Made by a program: the position numbers and the translations under genes. Positions 44,532 to 53,765 of a DNA stretch of 64,000 nucleotides are shown here, in pieces. The notes beneath the pieces are model-generated. The model did not search any database. It saw nothing but the letters and a program-made list of their open reading frames with translations, and was not told the DNA's origin. The DNA comes from a virus: IMG/VR virus record IMGVR_UViG_3300023180_000018, one strand, 5' to 3'. Each line of letters begins with the position of its first letter. Position 1 is the stretch's first letter.

Positions 44532-45887
44532 TTAACCTTGTTCGTCTTCAGAAGTATATTGTTCTATTTCTTGGAATGTCATCGATAATGTAATTGAAAC
44601 GGGTCTTCCATCAATAAAGAAAGCACTCGATCCTTCTGCTGTATAATTAATAGAAATGTTTGTTATAGCAGATCTTTTAAAGTTACCGTAATCATATATT
44701 TCACTACCCTCCCTTATTACATTAGGCTGTACAATATTCGGAAATTTCAAAAATGCTTTACCTGCGCCATTTAATTCAGGAAGAGCGTGTAACTTTATTT
44801 CTTTTAGTATCTGCTGTAATACATCACTTTCATCAAAACTACGTGGAATTAATCTCCATACCCAATTAAATTCTCGTAGGTTCAAACCCTTAAAGAATAA
44901 TGTGGGATGAGGATTAGGTACCATCCCTGCAACACTGGACACTACCCCACCTATTGCTGCATCTTCTGTCATAAATTTTTGTAATGCTAAATACCTTGCT
45001 GCATCTCTTGCTCCACTCGCACCTTCTCCAGCAGTTAACTGACCTGCCTGATTCATAATTTGTCGACCACTATCCATTAATCTTCCTTCAGACATTGATC
45101 TTGTAGCATCCGCATTAATAGAATCCAATACAGCACCTAACGCTGCTTGATCCTGTTGAGAGTGTATAATGTTATGAGCTACTGTCATGTTTTCCGGTAG
45201 AGGCAGATATACCACTATCTGTTCCCCTACACTACCCCCCTTATAAGCGTTCTCTCTCGTATATTCTAAGAACCTTAATTGCAAATAAGCCTGAGTATTC
45301 GTTTCTAAATCCATCGGGAACATTAATCCTCCGAATGGCAGATCTAGTTTACCTGTTATTTTATTTGCTGCCTTTCTTACTTTACTATTCACCGTAGACT
45401 TTAACTTAGCAGGTATACGATTTCCTAGTGACGAAAAATCTTTGGTGTGTTTAGCAACTGCGCGCGTAATATTTTTTGCTGCTTTGTTATGTGCGATTCC
45501 CTTCATGGCTACAGAGGTAATTTTAGAGGCGATCTTTGTGGGTACCCCAGCCCCCTCCAGCTTCGCACCGAGAGCACTACCCACCACTATAGCTGCCTTG
45601 TTCCCGCCTCCTAGTGAAGAGAGTTTCCCTGCGATATCTCCTGTAATTCCGCCTGCTTTTCCTAATGATCCAGCGAGGCCAGAGACACTGCTGATCTGCG
45701 CCTTTTCTAATAAAGAAGATTTTTGTTTAAGCTGACCTGTGAGTGATCCTACATCCTTTAATGCGTTATTAGAAATCTTTCTCTTCGTCTTAGAGAGAAG
45801 AGCCGAAGCAGGACTTGTCACGGCCTGTGTGACTGTATTAACTGTCTTTGATTTAACGCTATCTACTAGGTTATTATGGAATGACAT
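44532..45887 (-). CDS. gp48: Baseplate tail-tube cap with basic low-complexity N-terminal extension
   Basis: VYLPLP, NPHPTLFFKG.NLREFNW.W.LIPRS..E, ITNISINY, SITLSMTFQE. Confidence 0.85.
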   Translation of the reverse strand: MSFHNNLVDSVKSKTVNTVTQAVTSPASALLSKTKRKISNNALKDVGSLTGQLKQKSSLLEKAQISSVSGLAGSLGKAGGITGDIAGKLSSLGGGNKAAIVVGSALGAKLEGAGVPTKIASKITSVAMKGIAHNKAAKNITRAVAKHTKDFSSLGNRIPAKLKSTVNSKVRKAANKITGKLDLPFGGLMFPMDLETNTQAYLQLRFLEYTRENAYKGGSVGEQIVVYLPLPENMTVAHNIIHSQQDQAALGAVLDSINADATRSMSEGRLMDSGRQIMNQAGQLTAGEGASGARDAARYLALQKFMTEDAAIGGVVSSVAGMVPNPHPTLFFKGLNLREFNWVWRLIPRSFDESDVLQQILKEIKLHALPELNGAGKAFLKFPNIVQPNVIREGSEIYDYGNFKRSAITNISINYTAEGSSAFFIDGRPVSITLSMTFQEIEQYTSEDEQG

Positions 45888-45918
45888 AAATATCTTATCT
45901 CTTAGTGTTTAATTAATC

Positions 45919-46359
45919 ATGGCGTATAAAGGCAAATTCAAACCACGTAATCCATCCAAATATAAAGGCGATCCTACAAACATCATCTATAGGAGCCGAT
46001 GGGAATTAGTATTTATGGACTACTGTGATTCCCATAAGGATATAATAAAGTGGGCCTCTGAGGAATTCTTTATTCCATATAGGTCTCTCATAGATGGCCG
46101 TCTCCACAGATACTTTCCAGACTTCTATATAGAAAAGCTCGATAAGGATGGCCATAAAGAAATCGTAGTCATAGAAATAAAACCGCGATCTCAGACAATT
46201 GAACCTAAACCCTCTAAACAAATCACCAAAAGATATTTATATGAAGTCAGAGAATATGGACGAAATATATCTAAATGGAAAGCCGCAGAAAAATTTTGTT
46301 TAGAAAGAGGCTGGAGATTTATGATAATGACCGAGAAAGAGCTAGGGATTAAATTTTAA
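45919..46359 (+). CDS. gp4: Head completion nuclease
   Basis: MAYKGKFKP.NP.KYKGDPTNIIYRS.WE, HRYFPDF, EIKP, KWKAA..FC; CATAAATA late-like promoter at 45885-45892. Confidence 0.96.
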   Translation: MAYKGKFKPRNPSKYKGDPTNIIYRSRWELVFMDYCDSHKDIIKWASEEFFIPYRSLIDGRLHRYFPDFYIEKLDKDGHKEIVVIEIKPRSQTIEPKPSKQITKRYLYEVREYGRNISKWKAAEKFCLERGWRFMIMTEKELGIKF

Positions 46360-46390
46360 TTCTCGCGAAAGGAAACAAAGGGCAACCGGC

Positions 46391-46464
46391 TTTAAATACG
46401 GTTTTTTTTGATTAATAAATAGTAGAGAAAACACAGACGAACCCCTTTTAAATACGGTTTTTTT
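46391..46464 (+). repeat. 18-bp direct repeat tttaaatacggttttttt (46391-46408, 46447-46464), terminator-like
   Basis: Two identical copies 56 bp apart after gp4, each preceded by AACC and ending in a T tract. Confidence 0.7.
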
Positions 46465-46532
46465 ATTATGTTGCTCTCGATAGGTATTTTATATTTGTTT
46501 TTTTTACTTTTTTTACTTTTTAAGGATGATAT

Positions 46533-46688
46533 ATGATGAAATTATTGGATAAATTTGCGAATCAAATCAAAAATGATATTCAAGCAAAGAAGATTTATGA
46601 AGCTCGATGGGTTTGGTATCATACAATTCTTGCCTTCGAATTATTAATTATTATCTTTGTACTCATTGGAATTTTGATAAAAATATGA
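46533..46688 (+). CDS. Small membrane protein (51 aa, not in ORF track)
   Basis: MMKLLDKFANQIKNDIQAKKIYEARWVWYHTILAFELLIIIFVLIGILIKI; AAGGA SD; ATGA overlap with next gene. Confidence 0.75.
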   Translation: MMKLLDKFANQIKNDIQAKKIYEARWVWYHTILAFELLIIIFVLIGILIKI

Positions 46689-47254
46689 GTTTTAAGCCTT
46701 TTGTAATACGTAATGTATTAAACGAAGAAATGATTGAATATTATGATTCTTCTTTTATAGATCTTTTCTCTTGTGTTGAAAATCCGATTTTGAATCATAT
46801 GTTTAGAGGAAATATTTCTTATGTTTCTTGTCCGCGATATAGAAGAAAAGATGATATTGAAAAAGTTCGTCTTCGAATAGAAAAGAAATTAAAAAAAAGT
46901 TTATATTATACGTATGTTTTTCATGCGGAGTATTATTATGAATCGTTTATGGGTCCGCATAGAGATAATCCAGCGTGTGAAGTTTCGATTACGATGCATA
47001 TTCATGGTGATCAATCTTGGCCAATTAAGATGATTTATGATGAAAAGGTTTTATCGTTTAAAATAAATCCTGGTGATGGGATTGTTTATCCTGGTCCTGA
47101 TGTATTGCATTGGCGAGAGCCTTATCTTGGTGAACATTATAATCAATTAATGTTTCATTATTCTTCGTTTCCAATGAATGTATCAAATGAAGAAAGAATT
47201 AATATAATAGAATATGAGCAAAAAATAGATAAATATTACAGCAAATACGTTTAA
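46685..47254 (+). CDS. 2OG-Fe(II) oxygenase
   Basis: HRDNPACEVSIT...WPI...PGDGIVYPG...HWREP...QLMFHY; likely start 46685. Confidence 0.88.
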   Translation: MSFKPFVIRNVLNEEMIEYYDSSFIDLFSCVENPILNHMFRGNISYVSCPRYRRKDDIEKVRLRIEKKLKKSLYYTYVFHAEYYYESFMGPHRDNPACEVSITMHIHGDQSWPIKMIYDEKVLSFKINPGDGIVYPGPDVLHWREPYLGEHYNQLMFHYSSFPMNVSNEERINIIEYEQKIDKYYSKYV

Positions 47255-47259
47255 GAAAC

Positions 47260-47847
47260 ATGGCAACATACATCTTTGATAAAATAGCGCGAGAGCAGCA
47301 AACTGCTGGTGTTTCCGGCGTGGAAGCTCGTGATTGGCTGAGAGATAGAGCATCAGAAATCAACTCAGTGAATATACGAAAAGAAATGACGAATCGTGCA
47401 TTAACTCAATCTAATATCACAAATCAAGATATTGGACGAATGTTTATGTACTTTTATACAGCGAAAACAAAAGATAAGTTGCCTTATTGGGACAGATTTC
47501 CTTGCATCTTTGTTGTTGATGTAACAGCAGACGGATTCACGGGAATTAACTTACATTATTTAAGTCCTCTTTACAGAGCTCGTTTAATGGATAGCTTATA
47601 TACGATTCAACGTAATGATGGACTAAGAAAAAGTAAAAAGCTGCGAATGAATTATCAATTATTAAGTAGTGCAGCAAAATTTCGTTGGTTTAAGCCAACG
47701 TTTAAAAAATATTTAAGAAGTCAAGTAAGAAGTCGATATTTGTGGGTTCCTGCAGAATCGTGGGATGTAGCGTTAATGTTGCCGACTCAAAGATTTGTAC
47801 GTACAACTAAGAATAGAGTTTGGAGAGACAGTCGCAATGCCTTTTAA
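47260..47847 (+). CDS. gp2: DNA end protector protein
   Basis: GRMFMYFY.AK.KDKLPYWDRFP, GINLHYL, K.YL...VRS, W..A..LP..RF. Confidence 0.95.
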   Translation: MATYIFDKIAREQQTAGVSGVEARDWLRDRASEINSVNIRKEMTNRALTQSNITNQDIGRMFMYFYTAKTKDKLPYWDRFPCIFVVDVTADGFTGINLHYLSPLYRARLMDSLYTIQRNDGLRKSKKLRMNYQLLSSAAKFRWFKPTFKKYLRSQVRSRYLWVPAESWDVALMLPTQRFVRTTKNRVWRDSRNAF

Positions 47848-48370
47848 CATAAGCGAATTTAAAAGCAATCTAGGAAAGAATGGATTATTACGCGCTTCTC
47901 ATTATGAAGTAGAATTGTTTTTTCCTGCAATACTCGGCAATGATCGTGAATTGGTGTTAAAAACCGAGAGTGTAAACATTCCAGGATTTGCATCGTTTAG
48001 TGCTGATAATTATCGCCCATATGGTGCAGGCAAAACTATTTCTATTCCGTATGGATATAATCCAACATCAATTCAGTGTGCACATATGATTGATTCAAAC
48101 GGTGATACATTACAAAAGTTTTATGATTGGTCTGACTTAATTGTAGGAAGATCTGGTAATCAAGCACAATATCTTGTTGCTTACTATGAAGATTATATTG
48201 GTACAATGAATATTAAAATATTTAATGGTGCAGGTGATCTTTCAAAGACTATTGTTGTAAAAGAAGTATATCCAATCTCATACGATCAAGTAGGCATGGG
48301 ATGGAATGAAACAGATAGATTTTTAAGTTTGAACGTTGACTATAATTATTCGACGTATGAATATACTTAA
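47837..48370 (+). CDS. Tail tube initiator / tube-like protein (gp54-like)
   Basis: Likely start MPFNISEFKS; ESVNIPG, FYDW, YYEDYIGT, EVYP.S; between gp2 and gp26. Confidence 0.8.
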   Translation: MPFNISEFKSNLGKNGLLRASHYEVELFFPAILGNDRELVLKTESVNIPGFASFSADNYRPYGAGKTISIPYGYNPTSIQCAHMIDSNGDTLQKFYDWSDLIVGRSGNQAQYLVAYYEDYIGTMNIKIFNGAGDLSKTIVVKEVYPISYDQVGMGWNETDRFLSLNVDYNYSTYEYT

Positions 48371-48380
48371 TGAGGAGTAA

Positions 48381-49094
48381 ATGATGGCTTTACCGCAAGT
48401 AGCGTCAATAACGTTTAATTGCATTCAACCTTCTACAAGAAAAGAAATTACTTTTCGTCCTTTCCTTGTAAAAGAAGAAAAAGTGTTATTAATGGCGAAA
48501 GAAAGTGGAGAAAGAGTTGATATTTTTAATGCTATTAAAAGTATTATCAATGCGTGTGTATTAACACCCGGATTTAATGTAGACGAAATTCCTATTTTTG
48601 ATATGGAATACATCTTCATTAAATTAAGATCTGCAAGTGTATCAAACACGGTAGAGTTTCAGGTTGAAGATAGTACAGACGGTATAACGTATAATTTAAC
48701 GTTAGATCTTGATGATGTTGAAGTACAATTTCCAGATGACGTTGAAAGGAAAGTAATGATTAATGATGATCTGGGAATGATGCTTAAATATCCAACACCA
48801 AGAATTTCAGATAAAATTCGTGGTTTGACAAAGATGGCTGATATTACATATGCGACTATTAATCATTGTGTAGATTATGTGTTTGATGCTGAGGAAGTAT
48901 ATCCTTGGGCAGAGGCATCAGAAAAAGAAAGAGAAGATTGGTTAGATTCATTGCCGATCGATGCATATAATAAGATCAATGAATTTTTTGAGCGTGTACC
49001 TAAGATCGAACATATTGTGACTTATGAAAATAGTGAAGGAACTGAAAAAAGAGTCTATTTTAGGAATTTAGACGATTTTTTTACGCTGGGCTGA
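48381..49094 (+). CDS. gp26: Baseplate hub assembly chaperone
   Basis: ALP...PST.KEITFRPFLVKEEKVLLMA, FDMEYIFIKLRS.SV, ends LDDFF. Confidence 0.9.
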   Translation: MMALPQVASITFNCIQPSTRKEITFRPFLVKEEKVLLMAKESGERVDIFNAIKSIINACVLTPGFNVDEIPIFDMEYIFIKLRSASVSNTVEFQVEDSTDGITYNLTLDLDDVEVQFPDDVERKVMINDDLGMMLKYPTPRISDKIRGLTKMADITYATINHCVDYVFDAEEVYPWAEASEKEREDWLDSLPIDAYNKINEFFERVPKIEHIVTYENSEGTEKRVYFRNLDDFFTLG

Positions 49095-49261
49095 GTTACA
49101 CTGATCTCTATCTACATTATAAGCTAAACTTTGACGTAACTCAGTATCACAGGTTCACATTGATAGACATTGAGAATATGATTCCTTTTGAACGGGATTT
49201 GTATATTGAGATGTTAGCTGATAAAGTAAAAAGAGAAAACGAGCAAAGAAAGAATGGGTAA
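49079..49261 (+). CDS. gp51-like hub assembly ORF in the -1 frame of gp26, no ATG at its 5' end
   Basis: FYAGLSYTDLYLHYKLNFDVTQYHRFTLIDIENMIPFERDLYIEMLADKVKRENEQRKNG; IENMIP(W/F)ERD.Y signature. Confidence 0.8.
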   Translation, partial: FYAGLSYTDLYLHYKLNFDVTQYHRFTLIDIENMIPFERDLYIEMLADKVKRENEQRKNG

Positions 49262-51578
49262 AGCAAAAGCAGCAAGGGCAGCATTTAAAAGTCTTAGGAA
49301 AGGTAAAAAACTTCGTAAGAAAAAAGGTGCTGCCGCAAAAAATATTAAAGGTGGTGCTGCTGCGGGTGCGTTAGGAGGACTCGGCGCTGCTATTAATGAG
49401 ATGATGAGTGGTGATGAAGCAAAAGAAATGCAAACGCTCCCAGCAACTGTTACTCAAGCTGCAGCCAACACTGAAAAAGCAAAAAAACGCGAGCGAACCG
49501 AATTTAATGCTGCCGATGTACTGGAAGGCACGCTCATTCCTCGTCAAGACATCATACCTGAACTTGGACCAGAAGAAGGACAATATTCACAACACTTAAA
49601 TCTCATCATTGAAAGAGTAGCTCGATTAGAAGAAGAAGTATACAGGCAAAGCTTATTATTAAATAAAGTAGCATCAATTATTGATGAACAAACTGAGTTC
49701 CAAAAATCTGAATCAATTAAAGAAGAAAGACGATATGACGAGGAGCAAGTAGAAGAACAATCTACTGTCAGTAAAATCATTGATGCTGGTGTTGGAATGG
49801 CAAAAGCTTATGGTGCTGCAGCGGGAGTAAAGTATGGTGCAATAGCAGGCATGGCTGCGTTGTGGGCAGGCAGTGAAGTAGCGGCCGATGAACTAGAAGA
49901 TAATACTACTCCAATGGATGATGTATTTGATACATTAGAGTTTGTTGAAGAAACAGCACTTAAAGCAACAATGGGTGTTGCTGCATTAAGAGGAACACCT
50001 GTTGGACCTAAAGTAGCTGAAGCTGCGAAAGGGATGGCAGAAAAAACAAAAGCTAAGGCAGTAAAAGCTTCATCTCCATTAGTTAAAGGCGTTAAGAATG
50101 TCGCCGGTGTTGCTAAAGACTTGAAAACAGATTTAATGAAAGGACCGGGTGCTAAACCTCCTAGCACACAGCTTACTGTAGTTAAACCAAAAACACCCAT
50201 GATTGGAACAACTCCAAACGCTGCAAAAGCTATCCCACCGCAAATTAATAATGCTGCAAAATATCAAAAATATCTTGCAAACATGAAATCAGCGCAGGGT
50301 TTGATTACTAAAATTTCTAAGAAAGCCGGTGAATGGACTACCGCAACACAGAATTTTATTAAAAGCTTACCATCACGATTTGCTCAATTTATAAAGTTTT
50401 TAGGTAAGAACATCGTTAAGTGGGCTTTAATAATTGAAGCTATTATGTTTATGATTCGTTCTACAGAATTATTATTACTCGGAAGCATTACTGAAGAAGA
50501 ATGGCATAAAGGTAATAAAGAACAGATCAATAAAATTATATCTTTATTTGGTGCACCGTGGGTCATTGCTAAAATTGGATTCTTAGTTGGTAGCGTAATA
50601 CCAGTGTTAGGAAATGCGGCAGGCGGTGTTGCTGGTCTTATTATTGGTGTTATTTGGGGAGATAAAATCTATACCGCAATTGGAATGGATAAACTAGTCA
50701 GTGCATTATACGACTTTATTGTATTGGGTAAAACCGATGGTCTTAAATCTTGTTGGAATGGATTAGTAAGCTGGGTGACTAAAGAACTTCCGGCAATGAT
50801 GGCAGAAGCTGCAAAAGATGTAGCTTTAGCTGCAACTGGCGTTGATATCGCCATGACCGAAGAAGAGTTAGCAGAAAATTATGGTGAAGGAACATCAACG
50901 GCAGATATTTTACTCAAGGCCGGTGAAGGTATTGGCACAGATGAAGATGCTATTCTTGGTGCATTGAATAGAGTTAAAACAAAACAAGATTGGATACAAT
51001 TGCAACAAGATTTTAAAGCGATAAATGAGGATCAAACATTAGATGAATATTTACAAGATGAGCTTAGTGTTAATGAATATGAAAAAGCAATGGATATGGT
51101 TGACACAAATCTTGGGCTTCCTCCAAAAATCCGCGTCAATACTAAAGGTGGTGTTGTTAGATTAACCAAAGAACAAATAATCGATGGGATACAGACCAAA
51201 ACGATTAATCGTTTTGCAGGTGAAAGAGCTCTTGTAAAATTAGAAGAAAAGATTGCAGAGTCTCCAGTCAATGAAGAAACACCTATGTCGCAAAACGTTA
51301 TCATTGGTGCTGATGGATCTGAATGGAAAGTTGGAGATCCTCAAAGACCGGCACCAACGATTGGTATGGAAATTCCTGATGGTCAAGTACGTAGTACTAA
51401 TAACATTACGTACACACCGGCAGAAGATAGAGGAGGGGATCTTATTGTAGTTAAGCAACCTGCTCGTAGTGTTGTAACTAATCAAGGAATCCCAATAGGA
51501 CAAAAGGTCCCGCTTGAGACGAGACCTTCTGCTGTAGCAAGAGATAGTTTTATCTCTTCTAATCCACACTATTCTTAG
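49254..51578 (+). CDS. Tape-measure-like protein (gp29 position) with annexin-like repeat
   Basis: 774 aa, Ala/Gly/Lys-rich helical, hydrophobic GSVIPVLG..GGVAG segment, follows the chaperone genes. Confidence 0.7.
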   Translation: MGKAKAARAAFKSLRKGKKLRKKKGAAAKNIKGGAAAGALGGLGAAINEMMSGDEAKEMQTLPATVTQAAANTEKAKKRERTEFNAADVLEGTLIPRQDIIPELGPEEGQYSQHLNLIIERVARLEEEVYRQSLLLNKVASIIDEQTEFQKSESIKEERRYDEEQVEEQSTVSKIIDAGVGMAKAYGAAAGVKYGAIAGMAALWAGSEVAADELEDNTTPMDDVFDTLEFVEETALKATMGVAALRGTPVGPKVAEAAKGMAEKTKAKAVKASSPLVKGVKNVAGVAKDLKTDLMKGPGAKPPSTQLTVVKPKTPMIGTTPNAAKAIPPQINNAAKYQKYLANMKSAQGLITKISKKAGEWTTATQNFIKSLPSRFAQFIKFLGKNIVKWALIIEAIMFMIRSTELLLLGSITEEEWHKGNKEQINKIISLFGAPWVIAKIGFLVGSVIPVLGNAAGGVAGLIIGVIWGDKIYTAIGMDKLVSALYDFIVLGKTDGLKSCWNGLVSWVTKELPAMMAEAAKDVALAATGVDIAMTEEELAENYGEGTSTADILLKAGEGIGTDEDAILGALNRVKTKQDWIQLQQDFKAINEDQTLDEYLQDELSVNEYEKAMDMVDTNLGLPPKIRVNTKGGVVRLTKEQIIDGIQTKTINRFAGERALVKLEEKIAESPVNEETPMSQNVIIGADGSEWKVGDPQRPAPTIGMEIPDGQVRSTNNITYTPAEDRGGDLIVVKQPARSVVTNQGIPIGQKVPLETRPSAVARDSFISSNPHYS

Positions 51579-51907
51579 ATGATACCTAATTTATAACGAG
51601 TATTATAAGTTCTTGACGTATCATCGTGAATGTATATGTCAAGCTCACGTGCATTAGTAAACTTATTGCGAACATCACCAAAAAATGTCCTTTTCCCATC
51701 AATGGGCTTTCGACCTTTAATGCTGATACGCTTATACATCGCTTTAGTGTTTCTTATATAAGCACATTGTAAATCTAAAGAAACATTTTGATTATGAACT
51801 GCAATCGTTTTCTTAATTGCTGATAAGATATCACCCATATCTACTGCAGACATAGGATCAAGTGTACAAACGTAAAAGCTTGACTTACGATTTTGTTTGA
51901 TTTCCAT
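51575..51907 (-). CDS. Hypothetical early protein
   Basis: Likely start MEIKQNRKSS at 51907, coupled to the upstream stop. Confidence 0.7.
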   Translation of the reverse strand: MEIKQNRKSSFYVCTLDPMSAVDMGDILSAIKKTIAVHNQNVSLDLQCAYIRNTKAMYKRISIKGRKPIDGKRTFFGDVRNKFTNARELDIYIHDDTSRTYNTRYKLGII

Positions 51908-52068
51908 TATACTTTTTCTCCAAAACGATCTTCTGTCCAACCTTTAAATATATCCAAAGCTTCTTGCTTTGTCATACCAAATTGTTCTCTCAAAACTGCT
52001 GGTGCACCGAACATATTGATTGCACCAGATGCTCTCAGCTCATCTAAAAATTCATAATAGAATGTCAT
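51907..52068 (-). CDS. Small conserved phage protein (53 aa, LR.SG..NMFGA motif; not in ORF track)
   Basis: MTFYYEFLDELRASGAINMFGAPAVLREQFGMTKQEALDIFKGW; AAGGA SD; first gene after an early promoter. Confidence 0.8.
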   Translation of the reverse strand: MTFYYEFLDELRASGAINMFGAPAVLREQFGMTKQEALDIFKGWTEDRFGEKV

Positions 52069-52101
52069 ACTTTTTTATTCCTTTTTTCAATTTATGAGTA
52101 T

Positions 52102-52150
52102 ATTCTACCACATATGTTGAAAAAGTAAACCAGCACATAAGTTATTGTTT
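52102..52150 (-). promoter_or_regulatory. Early promoter copy 1: GTTTAC-17-TAGAAT with upstream AAACAATAACTTA box
   Basis: T4 early -35 GTTTAC; element repeated at 55490, 57010 and 58175. Confidence 0.85.
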
Positions 52151-52159
52151 TTATATTAG

Positions 52160-52186
52160 AAAAAATGAGGGGCCCGAAGGCCCCTC
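52160..52186 (-). terminator. Intrinsic terminator after gp32
   Basis: GAGGGGCC-TTCG-GGCCCCTC followed by T tract; C(UUCG)G tetraloop. Confidence 0.92.
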
Positions 52187-52207
52187 TAGTCGTCCAGCTT
52201 CCCAAGT

Positions 52208-53110
52208 CTATTCATTAATGAGTTTCTTGAAGAAATCAAGTGACTCATCGTCATCATCTAGAGATTCAGCTGCAGTCGAAGGGGCAGGCTTAGATTCAGC
52301 AGTGGGTGGAGTCCATGCTGGTTCATCTTCTACCTCTGTTTCTTGTGCCATCGCACTATTAGGGGAGAAGTTAACGCCTAGTACTCGCTGAAGCTTTTCC
52401 TGAAGGAAATCATAGGTCTTGAATTTATCTTCAGAAACAAGTTCCTCGAGAGCATGTTGTGATTGCCAAATCTTTTCCAAGACTTCGTCATCAGCGTGGA
52501 GGACTTCAGGCGAGTCAAATGTAGACTTATCATAATTACGATAGCCTTCCACATTACGAATTCGAAGACGGAAGTTAGCACCTTCCCATAGGTCAAAAGG
52601 ATTCACTGCATCTTCATCTTCAAACTGAGGGTGCATTAAATCATTGAGCTTATCAAAGATTTTTTTGCCGTATTCGTATAGGAATACTTTACCTTCATTT
52701 GCGGGATTACCAGGATCACTGATAACAAAAATGTTTGAGATGTAATGCAAGCGTCGCTTTTGCTTACGCGCTTGATCTTTGTCAGCATCAACACCAGAAT
52801 TCCAAAGTGAGGTATTAAACTCAGATACAGGATCTTGCTGACCAAGAGATGTCAAAGATTTCTCGATGTACCAACCACCTGGTCCTTGGAATCCATGATC
52901 CCAGTAACGAACGAATGGAACAGTTTCATTTTGTGGTGCAGGCAAGAATCGAATGACTGCTGAGCCATTACCAGCTTTATCAACTGTAGGTTTCCAAAAA
53001 CGTTCATCAACACCTCCACCTTGCTGTGGATTGCTGACTTTTTCAGCGGCTTGTGCGAGCTTTTCGAATTGCTCGGCGCGGGACTTTTTCATTTGTGCGA
53101 ATGTATTCAT
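52208..53110 (-). CDS. gp32: Single-stranded DNA-binding protein
   Basis: DERFWKP..DKAGNG.AVIRFLP, HGFQGPGGWYIE, YGKKIFDK, NPFDLWEGANF, acidic tail. Confidence 0.97.
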   Translation of the reverse strand: MNTFAQMKKSRAEQFEKLAQAAEKVSNPQQGGGVDERFWKPTVDKAGNGSAVIRFLPAPQNETVPFVRYWDHGFQGPGGWYIEKSLTSLGQQDPVSEFNTSLWNSGVDADKDQARKQKRRLHYISNIFVISDPGNPANEGKVFLYEYGKKIFDKLNDLMHPQFEDEDAVNPFDLWEGANFRLRIRNVEGYRNYDKSTFDSPEVLHADDEVLEKIWQSQHALEELVSEDKFKTYDFLQEKLQRVLGVNFSPNSAMAQETEVEDEPAWTPPTAESKPAPSTAAESLDDDDESLDFFKKLINE

Positions 53111-53177
53111 ACGTATTTTCCTTGTATTTGCAATGTATTAACAGTTTATCCACATTATTCATTATATAAGAGTATTT

Positions 53178-53206
53178 ATTCTACACCGATTCTCTAAAAA
53201 TGTCAA
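53178..53206 (-). promoter_or_regulatory. sigma70 promoter for gp32 (TTGACA-17-TAGAAT)
   Basis: tgtcaa at 53201-53206 and attcta at 53178-53183 on the + strand. Confidence 0.75.
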
Positions 53207-53765
53207 CCAGTAAAGCATTCATTTTTTTCTTATCGAACTGTAGGAATGGAGCATACTTTAATAGCTTCATCTTCTTACGTGGCCACACGACTGTGTCACT
53301 AATATTGTTTGACCAGTAATCAAATACATTAAGAGTACGATCCAACACAACGAGAGTCTCCGCTGATACTGAGCCACGATTATAGTCGTTCAGTATTTTT
53401 GGATAGTTCCCGTTAGTTACCACTAGGGCGTCATTTAAAGATTCATAATTACTCAATTCGCTTTTTACCATATAGGATAGCGACTCATGTTTTCTTTTTG
53501 CATTTTTATAACGCGTTTCGTGGATTTCATCAAAGATATTACCAACCCATACGTTGTCATCTTCAATAAAATTAGATGCTAAGAACAACTCAAGATCAGG
53601 CTTTTTGCTGAGCCTATAGTAATAGTACTTATCATTCTTAGTTTCAAAAGAAATCTTATTAACCTTAACGCTCCCATTATATTTAAAATAATCATAGGAA
53701 TCGCTTGTAAAATGTAACTTGAGCGCTTGAAATTTCTTATAAGCGTCAAATGGTTCCATAATCAT
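53181..53765 (-). CDS. gp59: Helicase loader
   Basis: ALKLHFT..SYDYFKYNG, VSAETL..L, KYAPFL. Confidence 0.92.
   Translation of the reverse strand: MIMEPFDAYKKFQALKLHFTSDSYDYFKYNGSVKVNKISFETKNDKYYYYRLSKKPDLELFLASNFIEDDNVWVGNIFDEIHETRYKNAKRKHESLSYMVKSELSNYESLNDALVVTNGNYPKILNDYNRGSVSAETLVVLDRTLNVFDYWSNNISDTVVWPRKKMKLLKYAPFLQFDKKKMNALLVDIFRESV

Noticed and set aside
46607-46684. ORF-track N-terminal extensions (also at 6451, 47795, 51940, 57046, 57635)
   Set aside because: They overlap upstream genes or promoters; downstream ATGs with SD or stop-start coupling are better starts
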